A stretch of DNA of 64,000 nucleotides, taken from contig OX597827.1 of the NCBI GenBank assembly GCA_951406725.2, forward strand, positions 81,096,001 to 81,160,000, written 5' to 3'. The notes under the pieces were generated by a model that saw nothing but the letters and a program-made list of their open reading frames with translations, was not told the DNA's origin and did not search any database. The stretch's first letter is position 1. Every line of letters starts with the position of its first letter. Below, piece by piece: positions 13,100-26,672 of the stretch. Made by a program: the position numbers and the translations under genes. The stretch comes from Octopus vulgaris. Taxonomy: Eukaryota.

Positions 13100-14333
13100 C
13101 TGGGGAATCAGCAGCGGGTACGGATGCTCTGAAAGTGTAGCTGCTAGAATAAGAATAGCCTGGGCAAAGTTCAGAGAGCTCTTACCTCTGCTGGTGACAA
13201 AGGGCCTCTCGCTCAGAGTAAAAGGTAGACTGTATGACGCTTGTGTACGAACAGCCATGCTACATGGCAGTGAAACATGGGCTGTGACTGCTGAGGACAT
13301 GCGTAAGCTTGCAAGGAATGAAGTCAGTATGATCTGATGGATGTGTAATGTCAGTGTGCATACTCGATAGAGTGTAAGTACCTTGAGACAAAAGTTGGAC
13401 CTAAGAAGCATCAGATGTGGTGTGCAAGAGAGATGACTGCGCTGGTATGGTCATGTGGTGAGAATGGATGAGAATAGCTGTGTGAAAAAGTGCCACATCC
13501 GAGCAGTTGAGGGAACCTGTGGAAGAGGTAGACCCAGGAAGACCTGGAATGAAGTAGTGAAGCACGACCTTCGAACATTAGGCCTCACCAAAGAAATGAC
13601 TAGCGACTGAGACTTTTGGAAATGTGCTGTGCTTGAGAAAACCTGACAAGCCAAATGAGACCATAACCTCGTCTACTATGCCAGGAGTGTAACCAGCCCG
13701 CTTATGCAGACCTTTTCCTTCTTTGGACACTAAACACTGCTTGCGAAGACCTGTTGAGGCAAGTGAAATCAAAATCAAAATCAAATTCGATGACTGGCAT
13801 CCATGCTAGTGGGGTGCAAAGAGCAACATACGAGTGTGATTGCTGACAGAGCGGCTAACCGGCTTCCGTGCCAGTGGCACATAAAAGGCACCATTCGAGT
13901 GTGATTGTTACCAATGTCGCCTTACTGGCACTTGTGCCCATGCTAGTAGGGTGCCAAGAGCATGATCTGAGTGTGATCGTTGCCAGAGCAGCCAACTGGC
14001 TTCCGTGCCGGTGGCACGTAAAAGGGCACCATTCAAGTGTGATCATTACCAGCGTCGCCTTACTGGCACCTGTGCCAGTGGCATGTGTAAAAAGATTCGA
14101 GCGAGGTCGTGGCCAGTACCGCCTGACTGGCCCCCGTACTGGTGGCACATTAAAGTACCCACTACACTCTTGGAGTTGTTGGTGTTAGGAAGGGCATCCA
14201 GCTGTAGAAACTCTGCCAAATCAAGATTGGAGCCTGGTGCAGCCATCTGGTTCGCTAGCCCTCAGTCAAAGTCGTTCAACCCATTCTAGCATGAAAAGTG
14301 GATGTTAAACGATGATGATGATGATGATGATGA

Positions 14334-14335
<2 letters not shown>
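13100..14335 (+). mobile_element. RTE-clade LINE, 5'-truncated 3' end (ORF2 C-terminus, 3' UTR, (GAT)n tail)
   Basis: GCSESVAARIRIAWAKFRELLPLL...SLRVKGRLYDACVRTAMLHGSETW...LRWYGHVVRM...GRGRPRKTW, with a few in-frame stops. Ends aaacGATGATGAT. Confidence 0.92.
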
Positions 14336-14376
<41 letters not shown>

Positions 14377-14475
14377 TAATGCAATAATTACTTCACATTG
14401 TTTTAGCCTTACCCACAATTCTTTATACAATATATATATAAATATATATATATATTTATATATATATATACACAC

Positions 14476-14529
<54 letters not shown>

Positions 14530-14983
14530 TTAAATGTATTTATGCTAAAATATATGTTATATGCTGATACACATATGCATACATAAAATCAAGTAAACAC
14601 ACACACACACACTTTTAACATTATAATTGGTTAGTTGTATTACATAGTGACATGAAGTTTCATGTCCAGGAGACGAGGATGATCATCAGACAACAGACAC
14701 AAACATTTACTGAATGTTTGCCAGTCACAATGTACTGTCAATAACAGACTATATCATTAGAAATATTTCGCTCTACTGCATGGATTGACTAGTCTGGCTT
14801 TCTGTGTGCAAACACCTATTGCCTGTTATACACAGAAACACAGATACAAACACACACAAATACACATAGACAACACACACATGTATATATATATATATAT
14901 ATATATATACATACATATATATATATATATACATGTATGAATATTTATATACACAAATATATTGAATATATATCCATTATCAT

Positions 14984-15393
14984 AGGCGCATGAGTGGCTG
15001 TGTGGTAAGTAGCTTGTTTACCAACCACATGCTTCCGGGTTCAGTCCCATTGCGTGGCACCTTGGGCGAATGTCTTCTACTATAGCCTCGGGCCGACCAA
15101 AGCCTTGTGAGTGGATTTGGTAGACGGAAACTGAAAGAAGCCTGTCGTATATATGTATATATGTGTGTGTGTATGTTTGTGTGTCTGTGTTTGTCCCCCT
15201 AGCATTGCTTGACAACCGATGCTGGTGTGTTTATGTCCCCGTTACTTAGTGGTTCAGCAAAAGAGACCGATAGAATAAGTACTGGGCTTACAAAAGAATA
15301 AGTCCCGGGGTCGATTTGCTCGATTAAAGGCGGTGCTCCAGCATGACCACAGTCAAATGACTGAAACAAGTAAAAGAGTAAAAGATTAAAGAG
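14984..15393 (+). mobile_element. SINE family A, young full-length copy
   Basis: A box, B box GGTTCAGTCCC, CpG-rich, nearly identical to 48107-48530. Confidence 0.92.
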
Positions 15394-15675
15394 TATCATG
15401 TTTATATATATGTGCATATATATGTGAATATATATGTATGTTTATCTATCTGTCTGCCTCTGTGTGTGTGTGTGTGTGTAAGTAGAATAATAAATGAAAA
15501 GGGAAATGAGGAAACGATTCTAATAATGCAGAGGCAAAAGTTGAAAAGCCTTCATATATTTGGGGCACAAGGGCCCAAGTCCCTTCAAGGCAGTGCCCCA
15601 ACATGGCTGCAACCCAATGACTGAAACAAGTACAAGACAAAAGATAAAAGACATCCATATACATATATATATATA

Positions 15676-15965
15676 TCACGTGATCACGTGACCGACCAGG
15701 CTATCAGATATTGTTACACATCACTGGTCACAATGCGCTTCACATTGTTCTAGCCTTCAAATGACGCCACCCCGCTGGCTAAGCAAGCAGGCCGACAGAA
15801 GAAAGAGTGAGAGAAAGTTGTGGCAAAAGAGTACAGCAGGGATCGCCACCACCCCCTGCCGGAGCCTCGTGGAGCTTTTAGGTGTTTTCGCTCAATAAAC
15901 ACTCACAACACCCAGTCTGGGAATCAAAACCGTGATCCTACGACCGTGAGTCAGCTGCCCTAACC

Positions 15966-15966
<1 letters not shown>
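15676..15966 (-). mobile_element. tRNA-derived SINE, family C head with tail alpha
   Basis: The minus strand reads tggttagggcagctgactcacggtcgtaggatcacggttttgattcccagac..., and its body is shared with 54269-54653. The 3' tail is different. Confidence 0.85.
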
Positions 15967-16036
<70 letters not shown>

Positions 16037-16199
16037 TATGCATTTATGTATGTATGTATATATGGATAGAGAAATAGACAGACACACAGATAGATAGATA
16101 GGTAAATTGAATGATAAATATATAAATAGACAGTTTGATAGGTTTACAGATACATAGATGTGAACTAAATTTTCTCAAATTGTAATTTTGCTTTTCAAT

Positions 16200-17060
16200 C
16201 GTTATCAGTTCTAAATCAATAACAGAAATGTATCAATAAATCTGTTACTGATATCTGAAATATAAAACGGTGATTATTTGATATCCATTAACAATAGAAA
16301 ATCTTTTGATTTGTTTGGAGCTTATAACAGTATGAGGTTGCAGTGTCTGATGTTCGTCCATTGCGTAGATGGAAATATTTCAACAAAGAAAAAGCATTGA
16401 TATAAAACAGCAAAAACATTAAAAATGAGATCCTCTTTGACAAAGGTTAACCATTTAATCTGTTTAGAGTCTGTGATACTATATGAAACTGTCTGGTGTT
16501 AAGAAGCTTTAATATTGGTTTCAGATTTTGGCACAAGGCCAGCAATTTCAGAAGAGGGGTTAAATCAATTGCATTAACCCCAGTACATGACTGGTACTTA
16601 TTGTAATGACCCCGAAAGGATGAAACACATAGTTGACCATGACAGAATTTGGACTCAGAACATAGATATGGCTGAAATGCTACTAATAATTTCACCAAAG
16701 CAGCTTTAATATTATGAAATGAAGGTGTTTAGTGTTTGGCCATTAGGTATTTAAATATATTTCAGCAAAATATTTGAATTTATGTTGCCCATAAGAATAT
16801 TTGCAATAGAATTACTGTGGGACAATGTATTCATTTTTATTTTCTGGAATACAAGGAACACATCCATCTTTACCCTAAATATAATATTTGGTATGTTTGA
16901 ATATTTTCTCAAAGTTTTTATACTTTCTAACATTCTTATATCTCAATGACAATTTTTGGTGAGAGCTGTTTAAAGATTTCTGTAAGTATATTTATGTTGA
17001 TTGTATCTTTATTTAAAATGATTCACAGTAAGGATGATATCATCATTAGAATCTGAATCA
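16200..17060 (-). mobile_element. Highly decayed Penelope-like RT/thumb fragment, interrupted by a SINE
   Basis: Only weak motifs: SNSIANILMG (cf. SP.IANIFM) and KRFSIVNGYQ (cf. L..NGYP). Confidence 0.35.
16517..16701 (-). mobile_element. SINE family B variant
   Basis: Reverse complement of the family B body. 12-bp TSD AGCTTTAATATT at 16505-16516 and 16702-16713. Confidence 0.8.
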
Positions 17061-17072
17061 TTAGCTATAAAT

Positions 17073-17244
17073 AGGCGCAGGAGTGGCTGTGTGGTAAGTA
17101 GCTTGCTTCCCGACCACATGGTTCCTGGTTCAATCCCACTGCGTGGCACTTTGTGCAAGTGTCTTCTACTATAGCCTCGGGCTGACCAAAGCCTTGTGAG
17201 TGGATTTGGTAGACGGAAACTGAAAGAAGCCCGTCGTATATATG

Positions 17245-17279
<35 letters not shown>

Positions 17280-17470
17280 CTGTGTTTGTCACCCCAACAT
17301 CGCTTGACAACTGATGCTGGTGTGTTTACATCCCCGTAACTTAGCAGTTTGGCAAAAGAGACCGATAGAGTAAGTACTAGGCTTAGAAAGAATAAGTCCT
17401 GGGGTCGGTTTGCTCGACTAAAGGTGGTGCTCCAGCATGGCCGCAGTCAAATGACTGAAACAAGTAAAAA
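17073..17470 (+). mobile_element. SINE family A, full length
   Basis: Collinear with the other family A copies; B box GGTTCAATCCC. Confidence 0.9.
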
Positions 17471-17564
17471 TTAATTTTAAAATTCTATAAAGAATACTTG
17501 CTGTATTTACAACAAAATTATATGTGCAACTGAATGATAATTCAATATTATTATTATGCTTCCA

Positions 17565-17881
17565 CATGGCTCAGTGGTTAAAGCATCAGGCTCACAACCA
17601 TGAGGGAGTGAGTTCAATCACCAGACCAGGCTGTGTATTATGTTTTTGAGCAAGACACTTTATTTCATGTTGCTTCAGTTCACTCATCTGTAGAAATGAG
17701 TTGTGGCGTTACTGGTGCCAAGCTGTATCGGCCCCTTTGCCTTTCCCTTGGATAATATTGGTGACATGGAGAGGGGAGGTTGGTATGCATGGGTGACTGC
17801 TGGTCTTCCATAAACAATCTTGCGTGGGAGGGTAACTTTCTAGGTGTAATCCCATGGTCATTCATGACTGAAGAGGGTCTT
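17565..17881 (+). mobile_element. tRNA-derived SINE, family D (CORE-like body) with tail delta
   Basis: TGGCTCAGTGG (A box), GAGTTCAATCACC (B box), ttgagcaagacacttt...cagttcactcatctgtagaaatg. A reverse-complement homolog lies at 42228-42545. Confidence 0.8.
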
Positions 17882-17883
17882 TA

Positions 17884-18406
17884 TGCTTTCCACCCACATG
17901 GTTCCAGGTTCAATCCTACTGCATGGCATCTTGGGCAAGTCTCTTCTTCTATTGCCTCAGGCTGACTAAAGTCTTGTGGGTGGATTTGGTAGATGGAAAC
18001 TGAAAGAAGCCTGTTATATAAATACATACATACACACACACACACACACCCACACACATATATATATATACATACATATATATATACACACACACACACT
18101 CACATTGTTGTCTTTTTTCTCCGTTTTTTAATTAACTATATATATATGAGTGTGTGTGTGTGTGTGTACGCGTGTGTATGTGTGTGTGTGGTTTTCTGTG
18201 TTTGCCCTCCCACTACTGCTTGAAAACCAGTGTTGGTGTGTTTACATCCCTGTAACTTAGAAGTTCAGAAAAAGAGACTAAAATAACAAGCACCCAGGTT
18301 ACACGACAAATAAGTACAGAGATTGATTCATTCAACTAAAAATTGTTCAAGGCAATGCCCCAGCATGGCCACAGTCTAATGGCTGAAACAAGTAAAAGAT
18401 AAAAGA
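17884..18406 (+). mobile_element. SINE family A, 5'-truncated, expanded central microsatellite
   Basis: ccacatggttccaggttcaatcc...gaaactgaaagaagcc...ctgaaacaagtaaaagataaaag. Confidence 0.8.
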
Positions 18407-18409
18407 TTG

Positions 18410-18840
18410 AAAATTTGTGTTTATGATTTCCCAGAAAATATTGAAGAATTTAAAGAAATGCTTAACAATTCCGATGTTCTCATTAAACCAAATTATTTTG
18501 TACTTTCTGTTTCTTTGTGTTTGAGAATTAATATTATTATTGATATAATTAATGTTATTCCTAAACCACTCTGTTTTAATGCATCATTATAATACAGAGC
18601 TACTTTGTTAAAGGAAGATATATTGATGGGAAATACTACATAACTGTGTTTATAATGGTTGGCGGCTGGTTTGATGTAACACTTATGTAAATTTTCATCT
18701 GACTTCTTGAATAGCTAAGATTTCTTGATCTCGAAATTTAACAATGTCTAAATTAGAATCAACAGTAATCTTTGAGTAGTTGTTGTCCAATAAATCAATT
18801 TTTTTCTCCTAATATTGTTTGGTATTCAAATTCTGTGTAG
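18410..18840 (-). mobile_element. Penelope-like (Naiad-type) RT thumb fragment
   Basis: The minus strand gives YISVTSNQPPTIIN (cf. YI...SNHPP.IIK), FNKVALYYNDALKQSG and RNRKYKIIWFN (cf. R.RKIIWFNPP). Confidence 0.75.
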
Positions 18841-19436
18841 CACCATCTTGATATACATCACACTGTATGTTACTGGCCTCGTCATTGTCGTCATCATTGG
18901 GTTGTCATCATCATCATCATTATAATTTTTTACTGATCACTTTTCCATCCTCCCATGGGATCAGATGGGCTCTATTGGGACACATTCCTATGCCCAGCAA
19001 CCCTTCCTGTATCCAATCTTCACTTCTCTCCAAGCAAGCTAATATTCCTTCAATGGCCAGACGTGTCTACTGCAGAATACTGGGAATGATTGACACTGCT
19101 TGTATGACAGTGGCACTTGTTTACATCTAACATGTGATATCAAGACAAAGAGATACAAACACACACACACACATGCACATGATGGGCATCTTTCAGTTTC
19201 TATCTACCAAATCATATTATGAAGGCTTTAGTGACGCAGCAGGATTGAACCTGAAACCATGTGGTAGGGAAGCAAATCTCTTAACCACCCAACCATCTCT
19301 ATTATTATGCAATCAATTTTAAAAAATAAACTCCTTGATGTCTACAAAGACGAGGCTACCACTGGGATATCAGAAAAGAAATATGGATAGGGATCAATGA
19401 TCCCCTTGTATAATTGGTTATTTTGTTATAGGAGTA

Positions 19437-19808
19437 GTGATGGTGGTGTTGGTGATGGTGGTGTTGGTGATGGTGATGGTGGTGTTGGTGATGGTGATGG
19501 TGGTGTTGCTGATGATGGTGGTGTTGGTGATGGTGATGGTGGTGTTGGTGATGATGATGGTGGTGTTGCTGATGATGATGGTGGTGTTGCTGATGATGAT
19601 GGTGGTGTTGGTGATGATGATGGTGGTGTTGGTGATGATGATGGTGGTGTTGCTGATGATGATGGTGGTGTTGCTGATGATGATAGTGGTGTTGCTGATG
19701 ATGATGGTGGTGTTGGTGATGATGATGGTGGTGTTGGTGATGATGATGATGGTGTTGGTGATGATGATGGTGGTGTTGGTGATGATGATGATGATGGTGA
19801 TGTTGGTG
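19437..19808. repeat. Compound trinucleotide minisatellite, 21-bp unit GATGATGATGGTGGTGTTG(G/C)T
   Basis: Direct inspection. It explains the DDDGGV and MMMVVL ORFs. Confidence 0.95.
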
Positions 19809-20127
19809 AGAAAAAGGTCAAAGTTAAATTACCAAAGCATAAAAAAATGGTGGCAGAGTTCACAGATTTTGGGTGGGGGTGGGCAGGGGTGGTTCCTTTT
19901 ATTGATCCAGAAAAGACAAAAGTAACAAGTTCAATGGGTGTTTTTAGCAAGAAATTAAAAATACAGGAGTGAAAGAAATTGCTGTTTTATTCAGGTGTAG
20001 ATCACACCTTTAATTTAAGGTTAAATCTTACTACAAAATTTTTCCCTTTTCTATTTTTACCTTTGTCACCTGTTTAAGTCACACCCCAGTTTTTTCAGTT
20101 AAAATAAAATAGAAAATACTCTGACAT

Positions 20128-20298
20128 GCAGGAGTGGCTGTGTGGTAAGTAGCTTGCTTACCAACCACATGGTTCTGGGTTCAGTCCCACTGCGTGGCAC
20201 TTTGGGCAAGTGTCTTCTACTATAGCCTCAGGCCAACCAAAGCCTTGTGATTGAATTTGGTAGGCAGAAACTGAAAGAAGCCCATTATGCATGTGTGC

Positions 20299-20349
<51 letters not shown>

Positions 20350-20572
20350 TGTATATGTTTGTGTGTCTGTATTTGTCCCCCCCCCCCCAACATCACTTGA
20401 CAACCGATGTTGGTGTGTTTACATCCCTGTAACCTAGTGGTTTGGCAAAAGAGGTGATAGAATAAGTACTAGGCTTACAAAGAATAAATCCTGGGGTTGA
20501 TTTGTTCGACTAATGGCAGTGCTCCAGCTAGGCCGCAGTCAAAATGAGTGAAACAAATAAAAGAATAAAAAG
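20128..20572 (+). mobile_element. SINE family A, full length
   Basis: Collinear with the other family A copies. Confidence 0.9.
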
Positions 20573-21414
20573 TAAATAGCATAGTTTATTGTTGTGAATG
20601 AAAAGAAAGAAAGAAGGAAGTCAATGGATTCAACTAAGATTCCTGGCCAGGAATTTATTAGGTGCTTCTGTTTTAATGGTGTTTGTTTGTTTGATGAGTC
20701 AAAGACTTTCTAGTCAAAGACTAACCTAAACTTAAGAGATTTACCCAGAGTGAATCGATGTTACGGTTATGACCAAAGAATCTGTTTTTTTAATCAATGT
20801 CAGGGTTAGTTTGCCATAAGCGCAGGAGTGAAAGTTGCCAAGAGGAAGCAAACCCAGACCCAAATTGTTTAACAAATGAGGAGATTCAGGTTTTCAATCT
20901 TAATATCAAAACAGACACATGTAAAATAATAATAATAATAATAATTATGATTATTATATTTGAGCATCCATCAAATCTAATAACGGTAAAGGAATATTTC
21001 AAATCAGTCCTAAAATATTTCTCATTTGTTTTGGTGACGATGCTTTTTAGGAGGTCATTCAAAGCATTCTCATTTCCCTCCCACCAAACAATTTTAAGGG
21101 TCGTGCTTTCACCCATTGCACCCTCTCATCCTGAGTCATTACCTCACACAGGTTGGAAGTCAGTTCTATCTCATTAATTACCTAATTAGCTTATAAGTTA
21201 ATTTGTATTTGTCAATGATGTACTAAGATTTTTTATTCTCTTCTTTTTGTTTTTAATCTGCTTTCTGTCCCCCTTCTTTCTCCCTTATTTTAAAGCCACC
21301 TGGCTGTCCAGTGGCCACCACAGCTCTGGACAGGTTTAATGTTTTATGGGGACCATATCATATTAAGGTACCATTGTGGTATGGACAGGGAACTGGGGAG
21401 AGCCTTGTTGCTGC

Positions 21415-21620
21415 TGTTGTTGTTGTTGTTCAGGCCAAGGTCAACTCTGTCAAACACACCTATAATCAAAAGCATTCCAGACATGACCATCTAGTCTGTT
21501 TGATATAAAGGATTACATTGTCAAATAGAATTTCAGACAGATTTTTGTATGTGGTGTGTGATGTGAGGTAGATTTTGCTGCTAGTTTTAGCAGGTTGAAA
21601 GACCACACAAAGACTCCTTA
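21415..21620. repeat. Dispersed unclassified repeat, family E
   Basis: ttgttgttcag.c..aggtca...aaagcattccagacatgaccat...gctgctagttttagcagg. Related pieces lie near 22285-22420 (inverted), 27050-27130, 30000-30150, 39545-39730 and 49945-50000. Confidence 0.55.
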
Positions 21621-22794
21621 CTGCATGTCTTTTATCTTAGAATCTCTAGCACCCCCACCCCACCATCTCTTCCCCCTCCTCCCTCTTCCATCACATTTTC
21701 CACACCATCCCTCCCCCCCACCCCCCAACCTACCATGGCAGCCATCTTCCTCGGTCGATGTCAGTCAATATGTCATCAATGTTCCTCGTCACTCAAATAT
21801 CTTAATCAACTCAACTCATTCATACCTTCACTCTCATTAGATCACTTCAAAACCACTCTCCACTCCCTCTCCCTCCCCCTCTCTCTTTCCCCCTTTCTGC
21901 CTCTAACTCTTGTCTCTCGGCTGTCTGTCTGTCTCATTTTTATTGCTCTCTCTCTCTCCCTCTCTTTCATTCTCTCTCCCTCTCTCTCTTTCTCTCACAC
22001 ATTTCTCCTTTATCGTTGCAGTCACTAATGTCATCATCATCATCCCCACCACCATTCTTATCGTTGTCATCATCATCATCATTAAGACCATCACCATTGT
22101 CGTTATTGCTGCAGCTGGCCAGCACAATAAACATTAATCACTTCCATTGACATGTTTACAAAGCTAATGTTTCTGAGTTCAAATCGTAGTTTTCTTTCCC
22201 CCCCCCCTCCTTGGTGAAGACAGTGTCCATTGTAAAACCTTCTACTTCTTACATAACTGAAGCAGCTCTTATCAAATAACATGACCAGCTAGAAATAGCA
22301 GTGAAATCTACCTCAGATCATAATGTAATGTCTTTAAAGGAATGGCGCAGAATGACGTAGTCTGAGAATAGTGTGCTTTAAAAGAGAGTGATGGGATTGT
22401 CATTGCTGGATTGCCTTTTCTCATTTCAGAATTGAGTTATGGCTAAAAAGCATTCATCCAAAGTTGCACCTGTGAGGTATAGCTATGGGGTCAACTTTAG
22501 CCTCAATAATGGCTAATATATATGTAGCTTTATATAAATGACATGGCTCTGGAAAAGTACCACAGCCTGGCCAAATGTTATGTTGACTTGTAGTGATATG
22601 TCAGGAATTTATATTAGGGATTTCTCTGCCAGAATCAAAAAATGTGCCAACGTTGCACCAGAACTCCTTTCTCTTTGGCTGGTGCCACTCGTTGGATTTG
22701 GTTAAGTTAGTGACATTACAATATTCGATTATACGATGCTACAGGTGCAAACACTAAGCAGTACCATATTCTACCTGGCACACCTTTGGTAATT

Positions 22795-23066
22795 ATGATC
22801 TGCATTCCAGTTGATCCAGTCAACAGAAAAGCTTGCTCATGAAATGAACATGCAAGTGGCTGAGTACACCACAGACACATGTTCCCTTAATGTAGTTGTC
22901 AAGGAGACTCAGTGTGACAAGGCTGGCCCGTTAGAATTACAGGTACTACTCATTTTTGCCAGCTGAGTGGCCTGGAGCAATGAGAAATAAAGAGTCTTGC
23001 TCAAGGACACAATACACACCAGGGATTGAACTCACAACCTCATGATCTTGAGATGAGTATTCTAAG
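22795..23066 (-). mobile_element. SINE family D head with tail beta
   Basis: ccacagacacatgttcccttaa...gtgacaaggctggccc is shared with the tail of the 54269 copy; cagctgagtg...aaataaagagtcttgctcaaggacaca is shared with the body of the 42228 copy. Confidence 0.75.
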
Positions 23067-23273
23067 CAGAGAGCCAGAGACCTGTATGATGCAACACTCC
23101 ACCAGACCAGAGGAAACTTTAGAGAAGGGAAAACTTCTGCAGATTAATAATAAAAATACATAATTATGGTTTTTAGTTCTATTTTGCTGTTTGTATCACC
23201 AAACCAAGAGCTATATATATATTTATATATATTATATATGTGTGTGTATATATATATATACATGCACAAGTGA

Positions 23274-23340
<67 letters not shown>

Positions 23341-23463
23341 ATATATATATTCACATACACATATACACATGCACATGTATATATAAACATATATATACAT
23401 ATCATCATCATCATGATATATATATGTATATATATACATGTGCATGTGTATATATGTGTGTGA

Positions 23464-23502
<39 letters not shown>

Positions 23503-23664
23503 TGTGCATGTATATACATACATATATGTATATAATTATGTATATATACATATATGTATATATATATATGTATATAATTATGTATATATACATATATGTA
23601 TATATATATGTATATAATTATGTACATATATGTATATATATTTATGTATATATATATATATATG

Positions 23665-23704
<40 letters not shown>

Positions 23705-24174
23705 TGTATGTTGCATATCTCTGCCTGCATCCAGTCCTGCTGCTGCCGCCTGCTGTGCATTTACTCCCTCTGAAATCTCTTGCCTGCAGATAACCCGTAA
23801 CACAACATAATACATTTGATACACTGGGATGATGGTTAGATGCTGCCTCATCTTCTTCTCTCTTCTCCACAGATGCTAATATCAACTTCACATTTTAATG
23901 TTGTCTTCTCAATCTTTTGCAGCTTCCAGCCCGCGGTTCCAAGAGTCGATGAAGCGGACACTGAGAGACTACTGGGATGTTCCAGCTTTTGTTCTGCTAG
24001 ATGTGTGCTTCTAGTGTAGCTCGACTGCGCTCCACTGTACTGCTGTATACACATCTATATACATACATGCACACACATACACATGCACATCCACACACAC
24101 ACACATACATCCATATATGTATATATATATATATACACATATATATATATAATTATATATATATATATATATAC

Positions 24175-24242
<68 letters not shown>

Positions 24243-24550
24243 ATGTATGTGTGTGTGTGAGTGTGTATGTGTTTCTTTATGTATGCACATATGTGCATGG
24301 TTTGTGTGTTTACGTGTGTATATGCGTGTGTATAGAATTGTAATGAATCAATGTGTGCACATTGGACATTTATTGAAATATGGTCAGATTCATATTGTGT
24401 ATATAGTTATATGTTATATACACTCATTATACATACATGACAGTATTTATTGGTTTTTATCATCTGTATTTATAGAGTCACATATACATAAATACACACA
24501 TTTCTACTTGTGTGTACCTGTCCTCTTTCTTATCTATCTATCTATCTATA

Positions 24551-24607
<57 letters not shown>

Positions 24608-24622
24608 ACATGTACGTATGCA

Positions 24623-24653
<31 letters not shown>

Positions 24654-24733
24654 ATGTATATATGTATATATATATAGATAGATAAATGTATATATGTATA
24701 TATATATATAGATATATATATGTATATTGTGTG

Positions 24734-24785
<52 letters not shown>

Positions 24786-24790
24786 TATAT

Positions 24791-24907
<117 letters not shown>

Positions 24908-25011
24908 TTATACATATATTTGTCTACACATATATACATATATCCATATATATGAATATACAGGTATAAATATATACAGATATATACATATATCCATATA
25001 TATGTATATAC

Positions 25012-25056
<45 letters not shown>

Positions 25057-25339
25057 TATACTTATATAGTGTGCTGTACACTCACACACAGACAGACACA
25101 TACACATACATACACACGTGCACATAAACACGCTTTCTGTTTCTCTAAAGACGTTCCCAGGAAACGTTGCCAAAATCACAGATTTGCCCAGAGGACTACA
25201 TTGTTATAGTACATTGTTGGACCTAGTTATGGATCTAAGTGGTGATGGGCATGGTGTGGAGAGTGGTATGGTGTATATTGTAAGGAGATGTGTGCGTTAA
25301 AGGATATGTGTATCTGTTTGTGTGTGTGTGTATGATATG

Positions 25340-25370
<31 letters not shown>

Positions 25371-25580
25371 GTATAAACTTATATATATATATGTATGTAT
25401 AAATGTTTATATAGATGTGTATATATATATATATACGTGCATGTATATATGTATGTGTGTGTATATGTGGGTGGGTGTGTGTATTGCAATACCATGTATG
25501 TACATATGGTAGAGCCTGGACATATTTAGTAGGAATATTGTGTGAATGTTTATATACATACATATACATTCACATATTTT

Positions 25581-25612
<32 letters not shown>

Positions 25613-25650
25613 CACACACACATATATATATACACACACACACACACACA

Positions 25651-25681
<31 letters not shown>

Positions 25682-25811
25682 GTATATATTTTAAACTTTA
25701 GAAAGGAAAGGGTGACAGTGACTTCAAAGTCACTTAGAATATACTCTGCTATAAAGTATTGAGTAATTTTTTGGTTTGATATGCAATTATTTTTATATAA
25801 AACATGACATG

Positions 25812-25855
<44 letters not shown>

Positions 25856-26286
25856 GGTTTGTTACAAGTAAAAGAACAAACGAACTCAATACCTGAGCTT
25901 AAATTTTTACCTGTTAATTGGCAGAAAGGTAGAAAAGTAACTGAAGGATTGAGAGTTCCACTAACAAGAATGTATGAAGCCGATATTAATGTTGGAAGTT
26001 CATATCTTCTCTGAAAGGAACTGGAACTGTTTGTCCGGCATTTACATAACAATTAATAGGGGAAGGTCATGTGATCAATGGACATTTTGAACAGCCTGCC
26101 CCGTTTGGATGAGTTGGTTTGAGCGAGAATGAAAGGTAAAAAGAAAAAAAAAAGGTAAATAAATGAGAAAAATTAAAGGTGCCATTTTTGGAAAATAAAA
26201 ATATCTTTTCTCACGTAGAAAGTGTTATATCTCCTGGCCGCAGTACCAAACATGCATGCACACATGTATGTATGTATGTATGTATC

Positions 26287-26340
<54 letters not shown>

Positions 26341-26436
26341 CATACATATACACATACACACTGACATGCATTAGCATGCATGGCTATACATGTGTGTATA
26401 TATATATATAACCGTTTGTCTATCTATCTATCTATG

Positions 26437-26492
<56 letters not shown>

Positions 26493-26619
26493 TTGTTTGC
26501 AGTCATATTCCTTTATATACACACTGCTTTCCAACAATAACAAATACACTTTCATATATGCACATACTAGTGTCTAACTATATCTCTGCCAGAACACACA
26601 GGTACCATGCTTGTGCCTG

Positions 26620-26672
<53 letters not shown>

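Noticed and set aside
13795-14165. Repeat-spacer appearance suggestive of a CRISPR array
   Set aside because: The intervening segments are homologous to each other, the array lies in an RTE 3' UTR of a eukaryote, and there are no cas genes.
19397-19972. 191-aa Asp/Gly-rich ORF resembling a biomineralisation or glue protein
   Set aside because: It is open in several frames and on both strands because of a GAT/GGT repeat. There is no signal peptide or splice evidence.
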